24,000 bases of DNA from an uncultured Candidatus Saccharibacteria bacterium. Its GTDB lineage: Bacteria > Patescibacteriota > Minisyncoccia > Phycocordibacterales > UBA918. Position numbers and translations under genes: made by a program. Of this stretch, positions 22,360-24,000 are shown piece after piece. The stretch covers positions 1,775 to 25,774 of the forward strand of contig CAYGOP010000010.1 in NCBI GenBank assembly GCA_964351645.1, given 5' to 3'. The number at the start of each line of letters is the position of its first letter. Position 1 is the first letter of the stretch. A model generated the notes under the pieces. It searched no databases and was not told the origin of the DNA. It saw only the letters and a list, made by a program, of their open reading frames with translations.

Positions 22360-23202
22360 ATGATTTTAGGATTCTTAGGTAAAGGGGGGAGTGGTAAGTC
22401 ATCAGTTTCAAGTCAGATGGCGCTGTATCAAAACACGGCGGGTATGTCTGTGCTTGCAGTCGATGCCGACCACAATATGGATTTGTCGTATAACTTATCA
22501 AGTGGAGATGTCCCTTCGTTTGAGTACTTTAGCCAAAGTCTATCTGTCTTGCAAAAAGCGGTTGGATTGTCAGAAGGGGATAAATACACAGAAGCATTTT
22601 TGTCTGATGTAGAGACTCGGTTTGCTCTTTCTCCAGTCTCTGTAGAAATCGAACAGTACTCAATTGTTTTAGAAAATAATATTCGACTCATGACTGCTGG
22701 TCCTCAGACAGATGACGTAATGTATGGACAAAAATGTAGTCATAGTTTGACCACACCACTTAAAATCCTTCTGCCTCTTCTAGAACTGCAAGAAAACGAA
22801 GTTGTTGTAGTAGATGAAAAGGCTGGAGCTGACGGTGTTTCAACCGGAATTGTTACAGGAGTTGATGTGGGGGTAATTGTGTGTGAACCAGCACTTCACA
22901 GTATAAAGACCGCTAAGCAGATTGCTGAGCTGATGGATTTCTACAGCACCCCGTACATATTTGTTGGTAACAAAATCGCCTCATCTGAAGATAAAGATTT
23001 TATTATTGAGCAATTAGGACAAGTGCCTGTTACATTTTTGATGCAAAGTAACAGTATAAAACGAGATCCTTCTTCATTGGTGGAGGAGTGGACTGATGAG
23101 CTGGTTACTGTGTTTGAGAAAGCTAAGAATCTTAACCAAAATAACCGCCTAGAGCGTACGGTTGAGAAGTTTAAGCGTAACAGTGATTTTGTAGCAGCAT
23201 AG
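22360..23202 (+). CDS. CooC/MinD/ParA-like (SIMIBI) P-loop NTPase
   Basis: Deviant Walker A GKGGSGKSS, AVDADHNMDL, VVVDEKAGADG. Start trimmed from 22276 to ATG 22360 (MILGFLGKGG). Confidence 0.8.
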   Translation: MILGFLGKGGSGKSSVSSQMALYQNTAGMSVLAVDADHNMDLSYNLSSGDVPSFEYFSQSLSVLQKAVGLSEGDKYTEAFLSDVETRFALSPVSVEIEQYSIVLENNIRLMTAGPQTDDVMYGQKCSHSLTTPLKILLPLLELQENEVVVVDEKAGADGVSTGIVTGVDVGVIVCEPALHSIKTAKQIAELMDFYSTPYIFVGNKIASSEDKDFIIEQLGQVPVTFLMQSNSIKRDPSSLVEEWTDELVTVFEKAKNLNQNNRLERTVEKFKRNSDFVAA

Positions 23203-23304
23203 TCGTCGAGGTGACAGGGGTTGTTTCGTTTGAAATACCTCCTGCAACACTGATGACAGTGCCAAGTTTTGTTCTTCTTTCAACCCAACTCAATGAGGTG
23301 ATAT

Positions 23305-24000
23305 ATGTGCACAGAGCACCAACTACCCGAAATGGCTGGCCTTCACGCTGGTCATCTGCCGATTCTGCAAGCTGCCAGTCCTGAACAGGCAAATCTTACA
23401 GCGAGTCTCCATCAGGCTCTGACCGAAAACCTCAATCCTCACTTACCAGCTCTGCCCGCATTACTGGCGATGGTTGAGGCGTACCAACATGAAGACTTCG
23501 GTGTGCTGTCTGAACACAGGCTGGTCCGTTTGCCGTTGTCCGTCATCGGCATAGACAAGGTTCGCTATCGGACCGAGGTGGTCGATTGGTTACACGAAAC
23601 CATTCTTTCTCTGCGGATGTCTGACATCACAGTGGAAGCGATTCGTTCAGCTCTGCGTCCACATGGTCTGTGTATTCTGTTCATGTGTTCTTGTGGTATG
23701 GCGCTCGGACGTTGTGAGGACGTTAAAGCCTACTACGGCACAGACGAACATCGTCGCATGGACCGTTTGCGCTCTGCCATCGACGCGGAAGGCAACCTAG
23801 TTCGGAATATTGATGCCTTCGAGGATATCAAAGTTCCGACCATGGACTTGCACGCCAATGGTGCTGAGCTGCGACTGTTTGCTCGCATTGAAGAGCTGAC
23901 CCGTCTGGCTTCGTCTGTTGGTCATCGTGATTACGGCTGGCTGGGTGCTGAGCTGCGTCGCTTCACCTTGAAAGCACAACCTGTTTCAGTTGCAGCTTAG
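23305..24000 (+). CDS. Hypothetical protein, GC-rich relative to neighbours
   Basis: 231-aa ORF with a GAGGTG SD 4 nt upstream. No recognisable motif. The stop codon is the last triplet of the window. Confidence 0.5.
   Translation: MCTEHQLPEMAGLHAGHLPILQAASPEQANLTASLHQALTENLNPHLPALPALLAMVEAYQHEDFGVLSEHRLVRLPLSVIGIDKVRYRTEVVDWLHETILSLRMSDITVEAIRSALRPHGLCILFMCSCGMALGRCEDVKAYYGTDEHRRMDRLRSAIDAEGNLVRNIDAFEDIKVPTMDLHANGAELRLFARIEELTRLASSVGHRDYGWLGAELRRFTLKAQPVSVAA

Noticed and set aside
1-24000. A CRISPR array or alternative genetic code (UGA recoding, as in some CPR lineages).
   Set aside because: I saw no regularly spaced repeats of 25-40 nt anywhere. All conserved genes are intact and of normal length under the standard code.

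Overview
This 24 kb window appears to come from a small-genome, moderately AT-rich bacterium. A Patescibacteria/CPR-like origin is only a low-confidence guess from the gene set. It reads cleanly under the standard bacterial code.

**Layout**
- **1-5992:** an AT-rich accessory island. It ends in a large serine recombinase gene whose last codons overlap the 3' end of a minus-strand tRNA-Val(UAC) at 5980-6055.
- **Island cargo:** a Zn-ribbon/DUF4145-like gene; two unknown genes; a GC-rich, highly structured element with a terminator/antiterminator arrangement, an embedded 44-codon ORF and a TAATG-coupled small 2-TM ORF; and a translationally coupled pair made of a membrane-anchored receiver-domain protein and a histidine-kinase-like ATPase.
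- **About 6091-6365 (-):** an unclassified candidate ncRNA of about 275 nt, bounded by a promoter and a terminator.
- **6417-10735:** an ordinary housekeeping stretch with acylphosphatase, a membrane protein, UppS, an RluA-family pseudouridine synthase, L19 with an Ala/Glu/Lys tail, an IMPase-family protein, tRNA-Leu(GAG) and a NUDIX hydrolase.
- **10736-11930:** two tandem GC-richer cassettes, each with its own promoter, secreted Cys-containing protein and terminator.
- **11929-15206:** a two-component system flanked by a His-rich exported protein and an exported HExxH protein.
- **15187-21721:** a TrmB-like regulator, a lipoprotein plus M50 protease operon with a long structured leader, NagZ-like GH3, DUF305, a Cys-poor photolyase-related protein with an unlisted divergent DUF2256 mini-ORF, and cytidine deaminase.
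- **21939-24000:** a membrane protein, a CooC/MinD-like P-loop NTPase and a GC-rich unknown ORF.

The best candidate for something new is the island cargo. This means the TM-REC/HK-like pair (a Detocs-like idea) together with the structured RNA and small membrane ORF module.

All calls come from reading the sequence and remembered family motifs. No searches were run.
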